IMG/VR virus record: IMGVR_UViG_3300045412_000135 | Coordinates: 6,575-70,574 of that record | DNA length: 64,000 bases | Direction: 5' to 3' (one strand) | From: a virus | In this document: positions 1 to 9,168 of the stretch, one piece after another | How positions within the stretch are numbered: the first letter of the stretch is position 1 | Layout of the letters: every line of letters starts with the position of its first letter | The notes under the pieces: generated by a model | Databases searched by the model: none | Told to the model about the DNA's origin: nothing | What the model saw: the letters and a program-made list of their open reading frames with translations, nothing else | Position numbers and translations under genes: made by a program

Positions 1-1102
1 TAGCAAGATTTTTTTCATTACGAGCAATCAAACTATTCTGATGTTGAATTTCCGTATAATTCTTTTTCAGAAGATCTTTGTAATCCAACATCTTAGTGTA
101 CTTCTTGTCTAAGGTAATATGCCGAGACTTTAGTTTAAGTAGAGCCTGCTCATATTCCTCAGTTATAGTAACTAAATCGGAAATTTTCCGATCTTTGAAT
201 GTTTTTTCAATAACCTGAGTACAAGTCGGACAGGTATCATTTCCCTTGAAGAAATGAAGTTCTTTACACGCAGCAGAATTGTTATGTTGAATTTTATATT
301 TTAAATCATTGATATTTTTAATCTTATCAGAAACATCATCGAATTCAGTAATAGAAGTATGAATATCAGTATTTTCTTCTTCAAGTAGATTGATATATTT
401 TTGAATCTCAAAAATATCTTCTTCTAGAGTAACAATTTCTTTGAGCTTGAATTGAATCTCACCCTCATTCGACATTTGCGAATTGCGAATATACTCTTCC
501 TGCATCTTAAGTTTATCTTCTGCAGACTTAAGTTCATATCCACATTCTCGTTGTTGTTCTTGAACTTGACGAAGCCTATCCTTCAGAAGGATATTCATCG
601 TAGAAAAGATTTGAATATCAAGAATATCTTCAATAACTTCTCTACGATATGCAGAAGTTAGCTGCATGAACGGAACAAAAGTAGATGATCCGAGAATAAC
701 AACTTGAGTGAAAGATTTGAAGTTCATTTTGAGAACTTGTTGCTCCAACCACTTTTGTTGATCTGTAGTTTCAGATACCTGATCTATAAAAACATCATTC
801 ATGTAGATTTCAAACTTATTTGGTTTGATTCCACGATGTACTCTCCATACTACATTACCAATCGTAAATTTAATTTCAACCACACAATCTTTTTCATTAA
901 TACTATTAACGAGCTGAGGTTTATTAATTTTACGAAATGGTTTGTTGAATAAAACAAAACAAATAGCATCAAGAAGAGTTGATTTTCCAGCACCATTTGA
1001 TCCCTGAATAAGGGTAGATCGATTTGTATCCAGTTCTAATTCTGTAAATTGATTTCCAGTAGAAAGAAAATTTTTCCAACGAATAGTATTAAATGTGATC
1101 AT
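1..1102 (-). CDS. gp46: Recombination endonuclease ATPase subunit (Rad50/SbcC-like), 3' end runs off the window
   Basis: Not in the ORF track; translated by hand from ATG at 1102: MITFNTIRWKNFLSTGNQF...GSNGAGKSTLLDA (Walker A)...FTQVVILGSSTFVPFMQL...CPTC zinc hook. Frame stays open to base 1. ATGA overlap with the upstream gene. Confidence 0.95.
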   Translation of the reverse strand, partial: MITFNTIRWKNFLSTGNQFTELELDTNRSTLIQGSNGAGKSTLLDAICFVLFNKPFRKINKPQLVNSINEKDCVVEIKFTIGNVVWRVHRGIKPNKFEIYMNDVFIDQVSETTDQQKWLEQQVLKMNFKSFTQVVILGSSTFVPFMQLTSAYRREVIEDILDIQIFSTMNILLKDRLRQVQEQQRECGYELKSAEDKLKMQEEYIRNSQMSNEGEIQFKLKEIVTLEEDIFEIQKYINLLEEENTDIHTSITEFDDVSDKIKNINDLKYKIQHNNSAACKELHFFKGNDTCPTCTQVIEKTFKDRKISDLVTITEEYEQALLKLKSRHITLDKKYTKMLDYKDLLKKNYTEIQHQNSLIARNEKNLA

Positions 1103-1350
1103 ACAGGTGGAATTACAATGTCATTAGGTTCAACATAGCAGTAATTGTAACCATACACAGAACAGTTCTGCGTAATGGTTTCTTCATCAACTTGGGTTAC
1201 TTCTAGTGTATCATCAAAATCTTCTGCTTGCAAGAGTCCATGATATCTAATCGCATCATCTTCTTCTTCAAAAATAGTTACGGTTCGCAATCCGTCTTTA
1301 TTTTTAACGGCATACACACCACCATGTTTTTTTGAAATAAGAATGTACAT
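1099..1350 (-). CDS. DUF3110-like conserved cyanophage/cyanobacterial protein
   Basis: FEEEDDAIRYHGLLQAEDF and C-terminal IPP resemble DUF3110. It lies between gp47 and gp46 with overlapping start and stop codons. Confidence 0.7.
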   Translation of the reverse strand: MYILISKKHGGVYAVKNKDGLRTVTIFEEEDDAIRYHGLLQAEDFDDTLEVTQVDEETITQNCSVYGYNYCYVEPNDIVIPPV

Positions 1351-2384
1351 TACACCTCACAAGCTTCTAGATAGAGTGATCGAACTGTTGATTTAATTGA
1401 GTCCTTATTAAAAGAAGTATCTACTTCATCTATGTATTTGTCTAGAAGAGTCATGGTATCTTCGGTTTCTACATCATCTCGAATATCATCAAGTTCCAAT
1501 CTAAGATCTTCGATAATTTTTAAATCTGCTACGCCTGCATCATATAGAATTTTGATGAGTTTGTCAAACTTTAATTGATTCTGCTTATCCTCAACAATTA
1601 CTTTGACATATTTCCCAGCATATCCAGTTACATCATTCCACTCTGTTTCATCTCTATAGTAAATTTTTTCAAACATCGTATAAGGATTTTTATAAAATTT
1701 TAGATCTAAAGTTTCAGTATCTAAAATATGAAATCCCCTAGCTGATTGATAATCGTTCCAATATAACTCGTATGGATTTCCAAGGTAATAAATATTACCC
1801 TTTGTTGACTTGGTATGAAAGTGTCCTGATAAAACTTTTTTAAATTTATTAAATGGTTCTGAAGATATTCCATGTTCCATTATAATGCCATGGACAGTCT
1901 CAAAACCATTAAACTCAAGATGGCCCACACAGAGAGATGCCGTAGATTGTTCCAGAAGTTCGTAAACTCGGGATCGATTGTCATCACATATCCAAGGGAT
2001 GCCAAATACAGACAAAGAACCAAGAAAGAATTCACCAGGGTCATCCATAACCGAAATGTTGTCATACTCTCCCAACAAGAGAGATGGGGCATTAACTCTA
2101 AGAGTGTTTTTATAGTAGATGTCATGATTGCCTACCAGCATGATCATTTTGACACCCATCTTTTCCAATGGGTCAAACCACATTTCTTTCGCTGCCTCTA
2201 GTGAATTAAAGTTCACTGATTTACGACGATCAAAAGTATCTCCTAAACAAAGAACATGTTTAATTTTATACTTTTTGATAAATGGAATGACTACATTATT
2301 ATAGAATTTTTTGTAGTAATCAATATATATCATTGAATCATTACGAACACCGAAGTGTTGATCGGTAATAAGAAGTACTTTCAT
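1350..2384 (-). CDS. gp47: Recombination endonuclease nuclease subunit (Mre11/SbcD-like)
   Basis: Phosphoesterase motifs DQHFG, LGDTFD, GNHD and SGHFH. ATG at 2384 preferred over the TTG at 2390. Confidence 0.95.
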   Translation of the reverse strand: MKVLLITDQHFGVRNDSMIYIDYYKKFYNNVVIPFIKKYKIKHVLCLGDTFDRRKSVNFNSLEAAKEMWFDPLEKMGVKMIMLVGNHDIYYKNTLRVNAPSLLLGEYDNISVMDDPGEFFLGSLSVFGIPWICDDNRSRVYELLEQSTASLCVGHLEFNGFETVHGIIMEHGISSEPFNKFKKVLSGHFHTKSTKGNIYYLGNPYELYWNDYQSARGFHILDTETLDLKFYKNPYTMFEKIYYRDETEWNDVTGYAGKYVKVIVEDKQNQLKFDKLIKILYDAGVADLKIIEDLRLELDDIRDDVETEDTMTLLDKYIDEVDTSFNKDSIKSTVRSLYLEACEV

Positions 2385-2386
2385 AA

Positions 2387-2854
2387 TCAATAACGATAAG
2401 TGTATTCGATGTTAGATTTAATTTGATTATAAGAATTATTAAAATCTTCACCATCAGAAGTGAATACTTCCTCATAACCGGATTTTTCAATCAATTTATC
2501 TTTGATATCCATTTGACGTTTTTCTTTTGCAATTCTACGAAGAAAAGCATAATAAACAATCTGAGTGAAATATGCAAATGGATTATTTGACTTTTCTGGA
2601 TCAAAATTATCTACATATTGAATGCAATTTTCTATACCATCGCAAATCATATCATCCCTATACATATAATTAATAAAATTTGGACGATAAGATAGATGAG
2701 TAGCAATTTTTAAAAAGCACTCGCCAATGTAATTATTAACTCTGGGTTTTGATATCCCTTCATTTTTTGCCTCGGCAACACTTTTCCTATATTCCATAAG
2801 AGCACGTAGGAACTTTTTATTATCTAAGTAGTGTTGTTTCTTTTTTTGTATCAT
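2387..2854 (-). CDS. gp55: Late-transcription sigma factor
   Basis: HYLDNKKF...YIGECFLKIATHLSYRPNFINYMYRDDMICDGIENC...NPFAYFTQIVYYAFLRRI. Confidence 0.96.
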   Translation of the reverse strand: MIQKKKQHYLDNKKFLRALMEYRKSVAEAKNEGISKPRVNNYIGECFLKIATHLSYRPNFINYMYRDDMICDGIENCIQYVDNFDPEKSNNPFAYFTQIVYYAFLRRIAKEKRQMDIKDKLIEKSGYEEVFTSDGEDFNNSYNQIKSNIEYTYRY

Positions 2855-2881
2855 TCCATGTAGAATACATTAAGTGATTGA

Positions 2882-2910
2882 AGTATATCTAATGTTTTAA
2901 TTATTGTCAA
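2882..2910 (-). promoter_or_regulatory. Sigma70-type (early) promoter for gp55-gp47-gp46
   Basis: Minus strand reads TTGACA (2910-2905), 17-nt spacer, TATACT (2887-2882), about 30 nt upstream of gp55. Confidence 0.85.
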
Positions 2911-2922
2911 GCCATAACAAAC

Positions 2923-2951
2923 TTGACAACAGTTCCATTTGTGTGTATAAT
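2923..2951 (+). promoter_or_regulatory. Consensus sigma70 promoter, divergent, pointing antisense into the uvsW operon
   Basis: TTGACA (2923-2928), 17-nt spacer, TATAAT (2946-2951). No credible plus-strand gene follows. Confidence 0.75.
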
Positions 2952-2978
2952 AACTCTGTAAGGGTTCAAAGATTTTAT

Positions 2979-3413
2979 TTAAAGCCATTTATAAATTTTT
3001 TCTAGTTTTTTTCTTGCTTCATCAACTGTTGAAAGATATCCCATGTTTGTATCTAACTCTACTTCACTTTCTTTAATAGCATCTTCAATGGTTTTATCTT
3101 GATTTGTTTTTTTAATAAACAATTCATACATATGAACCATTTCAGTATTCAATCCTCCAATACTAATAATATCTTTTTCATTCAAAATAAAAAAATCTTC
3201 ATCTGAAAATTGCATCCATTTAGTCATGGATAATCCTTTCACAGTTGTTTTACCACTCAATCTTGAAACTACTTGAATTATAACGGGATTACACATGAAT
3301 ACTTGTGTTTCTCCATCATCTTCTACTGCAAAACCTTTGGCAATTATTTCTTCACCAGAAATTAGTTTTACAATAAAATGAAACTCTTCATCGTGTCGAA
3401 TGTATTTAATCAT
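2979..3413 (-). CDS. Conserved T4-like hypothetical protein downstream of uvsW (Sm-like fold suspected)
   Basis: IVKLISGEEIIA...KWMQFSDEDFFIL pattern; overlaps the uvsW stop; conserved position in T4-like phages. Confidence 0.7.
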   Translation of the reverse strand: MIKYIRHDEEFHFIVKLISGEEIIAKGFAVEDDGETQVFMCNPVIIQVVSRLSGKTTVKGLSMTKWMQFSDEDFFILNEKDIISIGGLNTEMVHMYELFIKKTNQDKTIEDAIKESEVELDTNMGYLSTVDEARKKLEKIYKWL

Positions 3414-4881
3414 AAGACTCTTTTAAACGTATTTCTATGATTTCATAATCAAATTTTTCTTCATTGTATATTTTAACTCTTTCAACTAAATGATTCAATG
3501 TGAAATTTTTCAGATTGTTGTTTGATATATCATCAGCAATATCATAAAGAGTTGCTTGATTTTTATTCTCTCCCTTTCTGAGAATACGGCCTATGGATTG
3601 AAGATTACGAACACGCGATTTAGAAGGTGATGCAAAAATAACGTTATGAAGATTACGAATATTGATTCCAGTAGAAAAAGTTCCATAACTAGCAACAATA
3701 ATAGCATCTTTTTCTTGTTCACAAATTTGACGAGTTTTTTCTCTTTCTTCAGTATCTACTCCACCATGAATAAAGAATACTCTTCTAGTATCACCGACCT
3801 TACTATTTATGAGGTCATAAAGTATCTCCCCATGTTTTTCGACATAAGAGAAGAGTACTAGCGTGTTTCCATCAAGATCTTTACACAAATTACGAATTAA
3901 TTTATTCCTTCCTGGATGAGAAATAATATAATCAATTTCTTCTTGATAAGATTCAAATCGAATAAATTTGTGTTTCAATAAAAGAACTTTAATTTTTAAT
4001 TTACTTAAATGACCTTCCTTTATCAGATCATTTGTTTTAGTTACTTGATTACACTTACCAAAAATACCTTCCAGAACTAACTTGTTTGTGTAGCTTCCAT
4101 CCAGAGTTCCTGTGAATCCAATACGGTATTTACAATCATGCAACTTAGTCATGATTCCAGTCAAAGACTTTGCTTTTGCTAAGTGTGCTTCATCAACGAT
4201 AACAACATCAAATTTACTGAACCACTTCTTATTCTCTTTGTAGATTGACTGCCAAGTAGTAATTACAACATCCGAATCAATATCATATTTCTCTTTACCT
4301 GCATAGATTTTATGACAATAAGCGGAAGAATTCCAACCATAATCTTCAAAATCCTTATACATTTGTTCTACCAGTGATGTTGTAGGAACAACCAAAAGAA
4401 TTTTCCTACTAGCATTTACATGGTATCGAATGATCGAATAGATCATCAAAGACTTACCTGATGCTGTTGGTGAAAGAAGCAATCTTCGATTATATTTAAG
4501 TGCCTCGTAAATTGCTTTGTATTGATAGTCTCTTACCTTATGTGGCATACTAAGGGACCTTACAAAACCAACTACACCTTCAGGAGAAACTAAATCATTT
4601 ATTTCATTTGGATGTCCATAAAATTTACATTCTGAATGTTCATAAGTATATCCTCTTTCATTACACCATTCTTCAAGATACTCTACAAGACCACAATATA
4701 TCTCTCCTGTTCCTGGGGAGTATAATCTAATTTTACCATCCCAAAATTTATTTTTAAACTGGGGCATGTATTTTGCGTTTGGAATATCGAAAGTAAAATA
4801 TTCTGCTAATTCAACATTAATGTGCGGCTCTGCTTCAATTTTTAGATAAACTTCGTTCTTCTTACGAATCTTAAGATCCAT
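3406..4881 (-). CDS. uvsW: SF2 RNA-DNA/DNA-DNA helicase UvsW
   Basis: SPTASGKS (motif I), DEAH, TGT, STGINI and QSIGR; N-terminal WDGKIRL. Confidence 0.96.
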   Translation of the reverse strand: MDLKIRKKNEVYLKIEAEPHINVELAEYFTFDIPNAKYMPQFKNKFWDGKIRLYSPGTGEIYCGLVEYLEEWCNERGYTYEHSECKFYGHPNEINDLVSPEGVVGFVRSLSMPHKVRDYQYKAIYEALKYNRRLLLSPTASGKSLMIYSIIRYHVNASRKILLVVPTTSLVEQMYKDFEDYGWNSSAYCHKIYAGKEKYDIDSDVVITTWQSIYKENKKWFSKFDVVIVDEAHLAKAKSLTGIMTKLHDCKYRIGFTGTLDGSYTNKLVLEGIFGKCNQVTKTNDLIKEGHLSKLKIKVLLLKHKFIRFESYQEEIDYIISHPGRNKLIRNLCKDLDGNTLVLFSYVEKHGEILYDLINSKVGDTRRVFFIHGGVDTEEREKTRQICEQEKDAIIVASYGTFSTGINIRNLHNVIFASPSKSRVRNLQSIGRILRKGENKNQATLYDIADDISNNNLKNFTLNHLVERVKIYNEEKFDYEIIEIRLKESYD

Positions 4882-4887
4882 TAATAA

Positions 4888-5316
4888 TTACACTCCCGAT
4901 TTAAATCTCTCCCATTCGATTGCATTTTTAATTTGATAAGAACGATTACTTATCATTTTTAAAATGCTATCAAGATAAGTGAGTATCTGATCTATGTAGT
5001 CCAGTTTGTACTGTGCCTTTTGAACATCTTCATCGGCATCCAAAAACATTTCAACCTCATCCTTGGTAGTAAGTTTGAGATCAAATGGTATTTCTTTATA
5101 AAGTTCTTTGGGTGCTTTACCCTTGTAATATTTCCACTTATCACGAATAAGTATTTTCAGTTTGTATTCATTTTCCTTCTTCATTAGTACGAAGGTGTTG
5201 TACAATTCAAAGTATTTCATGTGCAATTGTGGAACACGAAGAGATTCTTCGCAAAGAAGATCGGCATCCATCTCCGAATCTTTTTTCCACATCTCCTGTA
5301 TCTTCTCTATATTAAT
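4888..5316 (-). CDS. uvsY: Recombination mediator UvsY (start at ATT 5316 or ATG 5292)
   Basis: ESLRVPQLHMKY...YYKGKAP...NRSYQIKNAIEWERF; sits between gp3 and uvsW. The in-frame upstream residues NIEKIQE match the usual N-terminus. Confidence 0.9.
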   Translation of the reverse strand: MNIEKIQEMWKKDSEMDADLLCEESLRVPQLHMKYFELYNTFVLMKKENEYKLKILIRDKWKYYKGKAPKELYKEIPFDLKLTTKDEVEMFLDADEDVQKAQYKLDYIDQILTYLDSILKMISNRSYQIKNAIEWERFKSGV

Positions 5317-5335
5317 AATATACTAAAAATTATTA

Positions 5336-5911
5336 TTAATTATACCATGCGCTATCGGCTAATCGCTTCATTGTACCTCTCTTTCTAAATTCATAATATG
5401 AATATACAAAAGAAACATTCGATCTAAAAAACTCTACTTCACTAACAGTTGCATCAAATTCTAAAGTTGATAGTGAAGTTGGTATCAAATCTATAAACTG
5501 AACATCAAAATTAGTAGTTAAATTATTTGTTAAAACACTGATAGTTCCATCACTAAAAATATTTCTATCAGCAGGAGACCGTGAATACTTAACGGCGTCT
5601 TCAAAAACTGCTCTTTCTGTAAAAGTAGAGGGAACACCTAATGCTCTAATCCAATTATGTAATTGTAAATAATTTGTCAAATCTTCATCAACCAAAAACG
5701 TCAAATTTAAAATTCCATAATTAATATTTCCTTCAATTGGATATTTTAAAAATGGTGAGGGCACTTCTACAGAACCCAAATTTATTTCAGGAATAGCAAC
5801 AGATTGACATAAATATGCAACTTTTGGTGCTTTTTCTAAAATAAATTTAAATCCAATAGGCGACAAATAATTATTATTATTTACTTGTTCCTTATACCAT
5901 TGTGCGCTCAT
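5336..5911 (-). CDS. gp3: Tail completion / tube terminator protein
   Basis: NYLSPIGFKF...LTFLVDEDLTNYLQLHNWI...SDGT...PTSLSTLEFD; directly downstream of gp23. Confidence 0.9.
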   Translation of the reverse strand: MSAQWYKEQVNNNNYLSPIGFKFILEKAPKVAYLCQSVAIPEINLGSVEVPSPFLKYPIEGNINYGILNLTFLVDEDLTNYLQLHNWIRALGVPSTFTERAVFEDAVKYSRSPADRNIFSDGTISVLTNNLTTNFDVQFIDLIPTSLSTLEFDATVSEVEFFRSNVSFVYSYYEFRKRGTMKRLADSAWYN

Positions 5912-5933
5912 GTAATTATTTGATGCTACCTTT

Positions 5934-5941
5934 TATTTAGG
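5934..5941 (-). promoter_or_regulatory. T4-type late promoter (gp3)
   Basis: CCTAAATA about 23 nt upstream of the gp3 ATG. Confidence 0.6.
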
Positions 5942-5944
5942 TAT

Positions 5945-5969
5945 AAAAAAGGGACCCCTCAGGGTCCCT
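5945..5969 (-). terminator. Rho-independent terminator after gp23
   Basis: Minus strand AGGGACCC-TGAG-GGGTCCCT followed by TTTTT. Confidence 0.92.
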
Positions 5970-5986
5970 AGAAAAATGTGAAAAGA

Positions 5987-7345
5987 TCACATTAAGTTGT
6001 CTACAAGAACACGTCTGTAGTAAACGTTAGCGTTCGCGGTGAGAGCACCTGAACCCTGGGTTAGACCCTCTGCAAATGGGTTAGCAACCATTCCGTATCG
6101 AGTCTTGAATCCGATTTTAGGTTGGAATGTATCCTGACCTACGGCACGTACCATCTGGAGTGGTACATATGGGCAATAGAAGAGACCTGCATCATAAGGT
6201 GAAGATCCTTTATAACCCATTACGAAGAAGTGACGATCAGCAACGTTAGCAGAATATGGATCAACATATACCTTGATGCGACCGTTGAGGGTTCCAACTA
6301 GAGTTGAGGAAGTATCATCAACACCAGCAAGAGCATTGTTTCCACTGAGGTTGGTGCTATAGTCAAGAACACCAGCCATTCCTAGAGCACTTGCAACGTC
6401 TGCAGAGCAAACGATGAAGTTGCCCTTTCCACGACGAGTTTGTTGACCGATAGCATTTGCTTCGCGCTCGATTTGGAAAAGAAGACCCTTGAACTTTTCA
6501 ACAGACCAACGACCGTTGGAGTCAACGTCAAGATCAAAAATACCAGCAGTAGCGGTATTGTTCTGGGCACCAACTTTAGCAATCTTGTAGATTGTACGAA
6601 CAACTTCGCGGTTAATTTCAGAGAGAACCTCAGTTGAGAGGATGTTCGCTAGTTCGGTCTCAGCATCAAGACCATGGATAGCCTTGAGGTCTTGTGCGAG
6701 TTCTAGCGAGTACTCAGCCTTGAGGGCACGGGACTTTGCAGTAACGGTTACTTTCTCGATTGAGAATCCCATCTCACGGAAGTGATTACCAGCACCATCG
6801 CCAAGTGCTTCTGACTGAGCAGTGGTCATACCTTGTCCACCGATGGTGTAGGTGCCGCTGTCATTTAGAAGACCAGGGTTAGAACCAGTCATGTCGTTAG
6901 AAGCAAGCGAATCACCGCTGTTTTCTGACGAATGCTCGGTATCTGATTCGTTGTAGAATGCTTCTGAACCAGTGCTAGGAACACGGTCGGTGCCCTTCAT
7001 TGAACGCATTGCAAAGATGAGTCCAGTAGGACCAGTCATGGGTTGAACGCCGCAGATGTCATAAGCAATAAGCTTAGGCATTGAACGACGGATTAGTGAA
7101 ATTAGAACGGGATCGAAACCTGCAACTGGACCAGTTGCGGTTGATGCACCCGAGAATCCTGTACCACCCAATGAGTTGGTAGGTGCAGCTTCAGCGAGGA
7201 TATTACGCTCTTCGCGTAAAAATCTTTCTTGATTTTCTAGCAGTACTGAGGTGACAGCCTTCTTGTAAGTATCCTGAATTGGTTCAGCATCCTTATGATC
7301 AAGAATGGGTGCCCACTTTTCCTGCAATTGCTCTGATAGGAACAT
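5987..7345 (-). CDS. gp23: Major capsid protein
   Basis: LQEKWAPIL...FDPVLISLIRR...GVQPMTGPTGLIFAMR...KSRALKAEYSLELAQDLKAIHGLDAE...FYCPYVPL...FQPKIGFKTRYG. Confidence 0.99.
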   Translation of the reverse strand: MFLSEQLQEKWAPILDHKDAEPIQDTYKKAVTSVLLENQERFLREERNILAEAAPTNSLGGTGFSGASTATGPVAGFDPVLISLIRRSMPKLIAYDICGVQPMTGPTGLIFAMRSMKGTDRVPSTGSEAFYNESDTEHSSENSGDSLASNDMTGSNPGLLNDSGTYTIGGQGMTTAQSEALGDGAGNHFREMGFSIEKVTVTAKSRALKAEYSLELAQDLKAIHGLDAETELANILSTEVLSEINREVVRTIYKIAKVGAQNNTATAGIFDLDVDSNGRWSVEKFKGLLFQIEREANAIGQQTRRGKGNFIVCSADVASALGMAGVLDYSTNLSGNNALAGVDDTSSTLVGTLNGRIKVYVDPYSANVADRHFFVMGYKGSSPYDAGLFYCPYVPLQMVRAVGQDTFQPKIGFKTRYGMVANPFAEGLTQGSGALTANANVYYRRVLVDNLM

Positions 7346-7403
7346 TTGCTTTCTCCTTGAAAAATGAGTTTTTTATTGTGTTAATCAATAACAAATACGT
7401 AAT

Positions 7404-7411
7404 TATTTATA
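7404..7411 (-). promoter_or_regulatory. T4-type late promoter (gp23)
   Basis: Perfect TATAAATA upstream of gp23; AAGGAG ribosome-binding site before the ATG. Confidence 0.85.
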
Positions 7412-7441
7412 AAATCCTACGTTATAAAATCTCACGCTTGT

Positions 7442-8458
7442 TTATTTGGACCAGCGGGAAATTGCTGACATATATGCCGACATTGCATCCCCAGCGACAG
7501 GTTGTTCAACAGGACCATCTTCTACTGCAGGAGCAGCTGCTCTTGCGAAATATGACTCCTTGAGAGTTTCGATCTTCTCACGAAAATCTTCCTCAGTAGT
7601 GAACTCCACACCTTCAGATAGACTTTGTAGTTTATCCTTTTGTGTTTCAGCAAGTCCAATAGAAACTTCGCTCACAATCCCATTCTTAATATAATTACCA
7701 AGTTTCTTATGCATCTCAACGTTAAGGTCAATCTGCTCATTGAGTTTTTCTTCCATAACATTAAGTTGTTCGGTCATCTCATTGACGATCTCGAACTTCT
7801 CTTCAGGAACTTCAAGATAGTTCTCGCTGAAGAGATTTCTGAGTCCGTGCATTAGGTTCTCAGCAATCTCGGTTTTAATACCGCTATCAATTGCTAGAGT
7901 ATTTTCCTGAATCCACTTTTCTGCTGCAAAAGTTAGATAGGAATCGATTTGCTCGGACATTTCTGTTTTGAATTCATCAACGGCTTCTTCAAATGCTTGC
8001 TCATATGCTTCATTCATTAGAGCAACTTCTTCGTTGATTTTTGCTGTTACTGCTGCTTCGAAGATCAGTTTTGCTTTGTCTCTGAATTCTTCTGTAAGTT
8101 CTGAACCAGATACAAGAGCATCAAGATCCTCGTCGAAGGAATATTGAACAACTTCTTGTTCTTCTTCGATGATTTCTCCATCTTCTTTTGTTTCCTCACA
8201 GGTGGACTTTTGAGTTAGAGAATCTTGCTTATCTCCTGATGCTGCTGAGGGTTTAGTTCCTGGAGCGGTCGCACCTTTGATTTTAGCAGCAACTTTTTTA
8301 CCGATTGATTCGGTATCGTCTGGACGACCTGATGTTGGGGTAGGACCACCAATTTCTTCTGCGTCGTTCTTTAGATCGGATTTTTCTGCTGGTTTAGCAC
8401 CCTTGGTTACTACGTTAGAACTTTCTTCTAGATCCATTGTTTCAATCTCTTGTGACAT
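7442..8458 (-). CDS. gp22: Prohead core scaffolding protein
   Basis: Acidic coiled coil; LTEEFRDKAKLIFEAAV; KIETLKESYF; C-terminal MSAYMSAISRW; between gp21 and gp23. Confidence 0.95.
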   Translation of the reverse strand: MSQEIETMDLEESSNVVTKGAKPAEKSDLKNDAEEIGGPTPTSGRPDDTESIGKKVAAKIKGATAPGTKPSAASGDKQDSLTQKSTCEETKEDGEIIEEEQEVVQYSFDEDLDALVSGSELTEEFRDKAKLIFEAAVTAKINEEVALMNEAYEQAFEEAVDEFKTEMSEQIDSYLTFAAEKWIQENTLAIDSGIKTEIAENLMHGLRNLFSENYLEVPEEKFEIVNEMTEQLNVMEEKLNEQIDLNVEMHKKLGNYIKNGIVSEVSIGLAETQKDKLQSLSEGVEFTTEEDFREKIETLKESYFARAAAPAVEDGPVEQPVAGDAMSAYMSAISRWSK

Positions 8459-8501
8459 TGGAATTTCTCCTACCTATTGTTTTACGGATATTTCTTTTAA
8501 T

Positions 8502-8509
8502 TATTTATA
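8502..8509 (-). promoter_or_regulatory. T4-type late promoter (gp22)
   Basis: TATAAATA on the minus strand. Confidence 0.8.
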
Positions 8510-8520
8510 TATACAAATAA

Positions 8521-9168
8521 TTAAAGACTTTTTAGGAATGCGGCAAAAGCTTTTACTTTACGCTCCTGAAGATTAATTTGAGTTGCTTCGTCAATGGTTT
8601 TCTTGATTTGATTAATGTCAACCTCTTTCAACATACCACCTTCCCAAACCCACTCTTTACCTTCCATGATTCCTTCAACAAAAGCATCTGGAGCAGAAGG
8701 ATCTGCTACAATGTCTGCAGCAGTGGCAAGCATAAAATCCTCACCGACATAATTAACTCCATTTTTCTCAGTCATAGAACCGAGACCTCTGGAGGAAACA
8801 CCAAGTTTAACTCCATCATCTAGAAGACTCTTAGTAATTTTACCCATTGGGGTTTCTAAAAGTTTTGCTTTACCGATGAAGTTATTTCCTTCTCTTTTTA
8901 GAGAAATAATTCTATGAGAAACACGATCAAGGTTGATGGTAGGACCATCTGGATGACCGAGTTCCCCAAGAGCTCTGCATGTTTCAACAAAGTTCTTATT
9001 ATATTTAGTAACTTCGCGCTCAAGGATATTTATTGGATAGTTTCTTCCATTACGATTAGTTAAGTCTCCCTGAAGGAAAATACCTTCAATATAGTAAATT
9101 TTCTTGCCTTCGTTTTCTTCCATAAGAACCTGAATATTTTCAATGCTCTCTCTAATTAGTTTCATCAT
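8521..9168 (-). CDS. gp21: Prohead maturation protease
   Basis: IEGIFLQGD..NRNGRNYP; ALGELGHP; GVSSRGLGS; DIVADPSAPDAFV. Confidence 0.97.
   Translation of the reverse strand: MMKLIRESIENIQVLMEENEGKKIYYIEGIFLQGDLTNRNGRNYPINILEREVTKYNKNFVETCRALGELGHPDGPTINLDRVSHRIISLKREGNNFIGKAKLLETPMGKITKSLLDDGVKLGVSSRGLGSMTEKNGVNYVGEDFMLATAADIVADPSAPDAFVEGIMEGKEWVWEGGMLKEVDINQIKKTIDEATQINLQERKVKAFAAFLKSL

Noticed and set aside
7404-7429. AT-only inverted repeat TTTATAA...TTATAAA overlapping the gp23 late promoter
   Set aside because: A short all-AT stem is expected by chance at this base composition; too weak to call.
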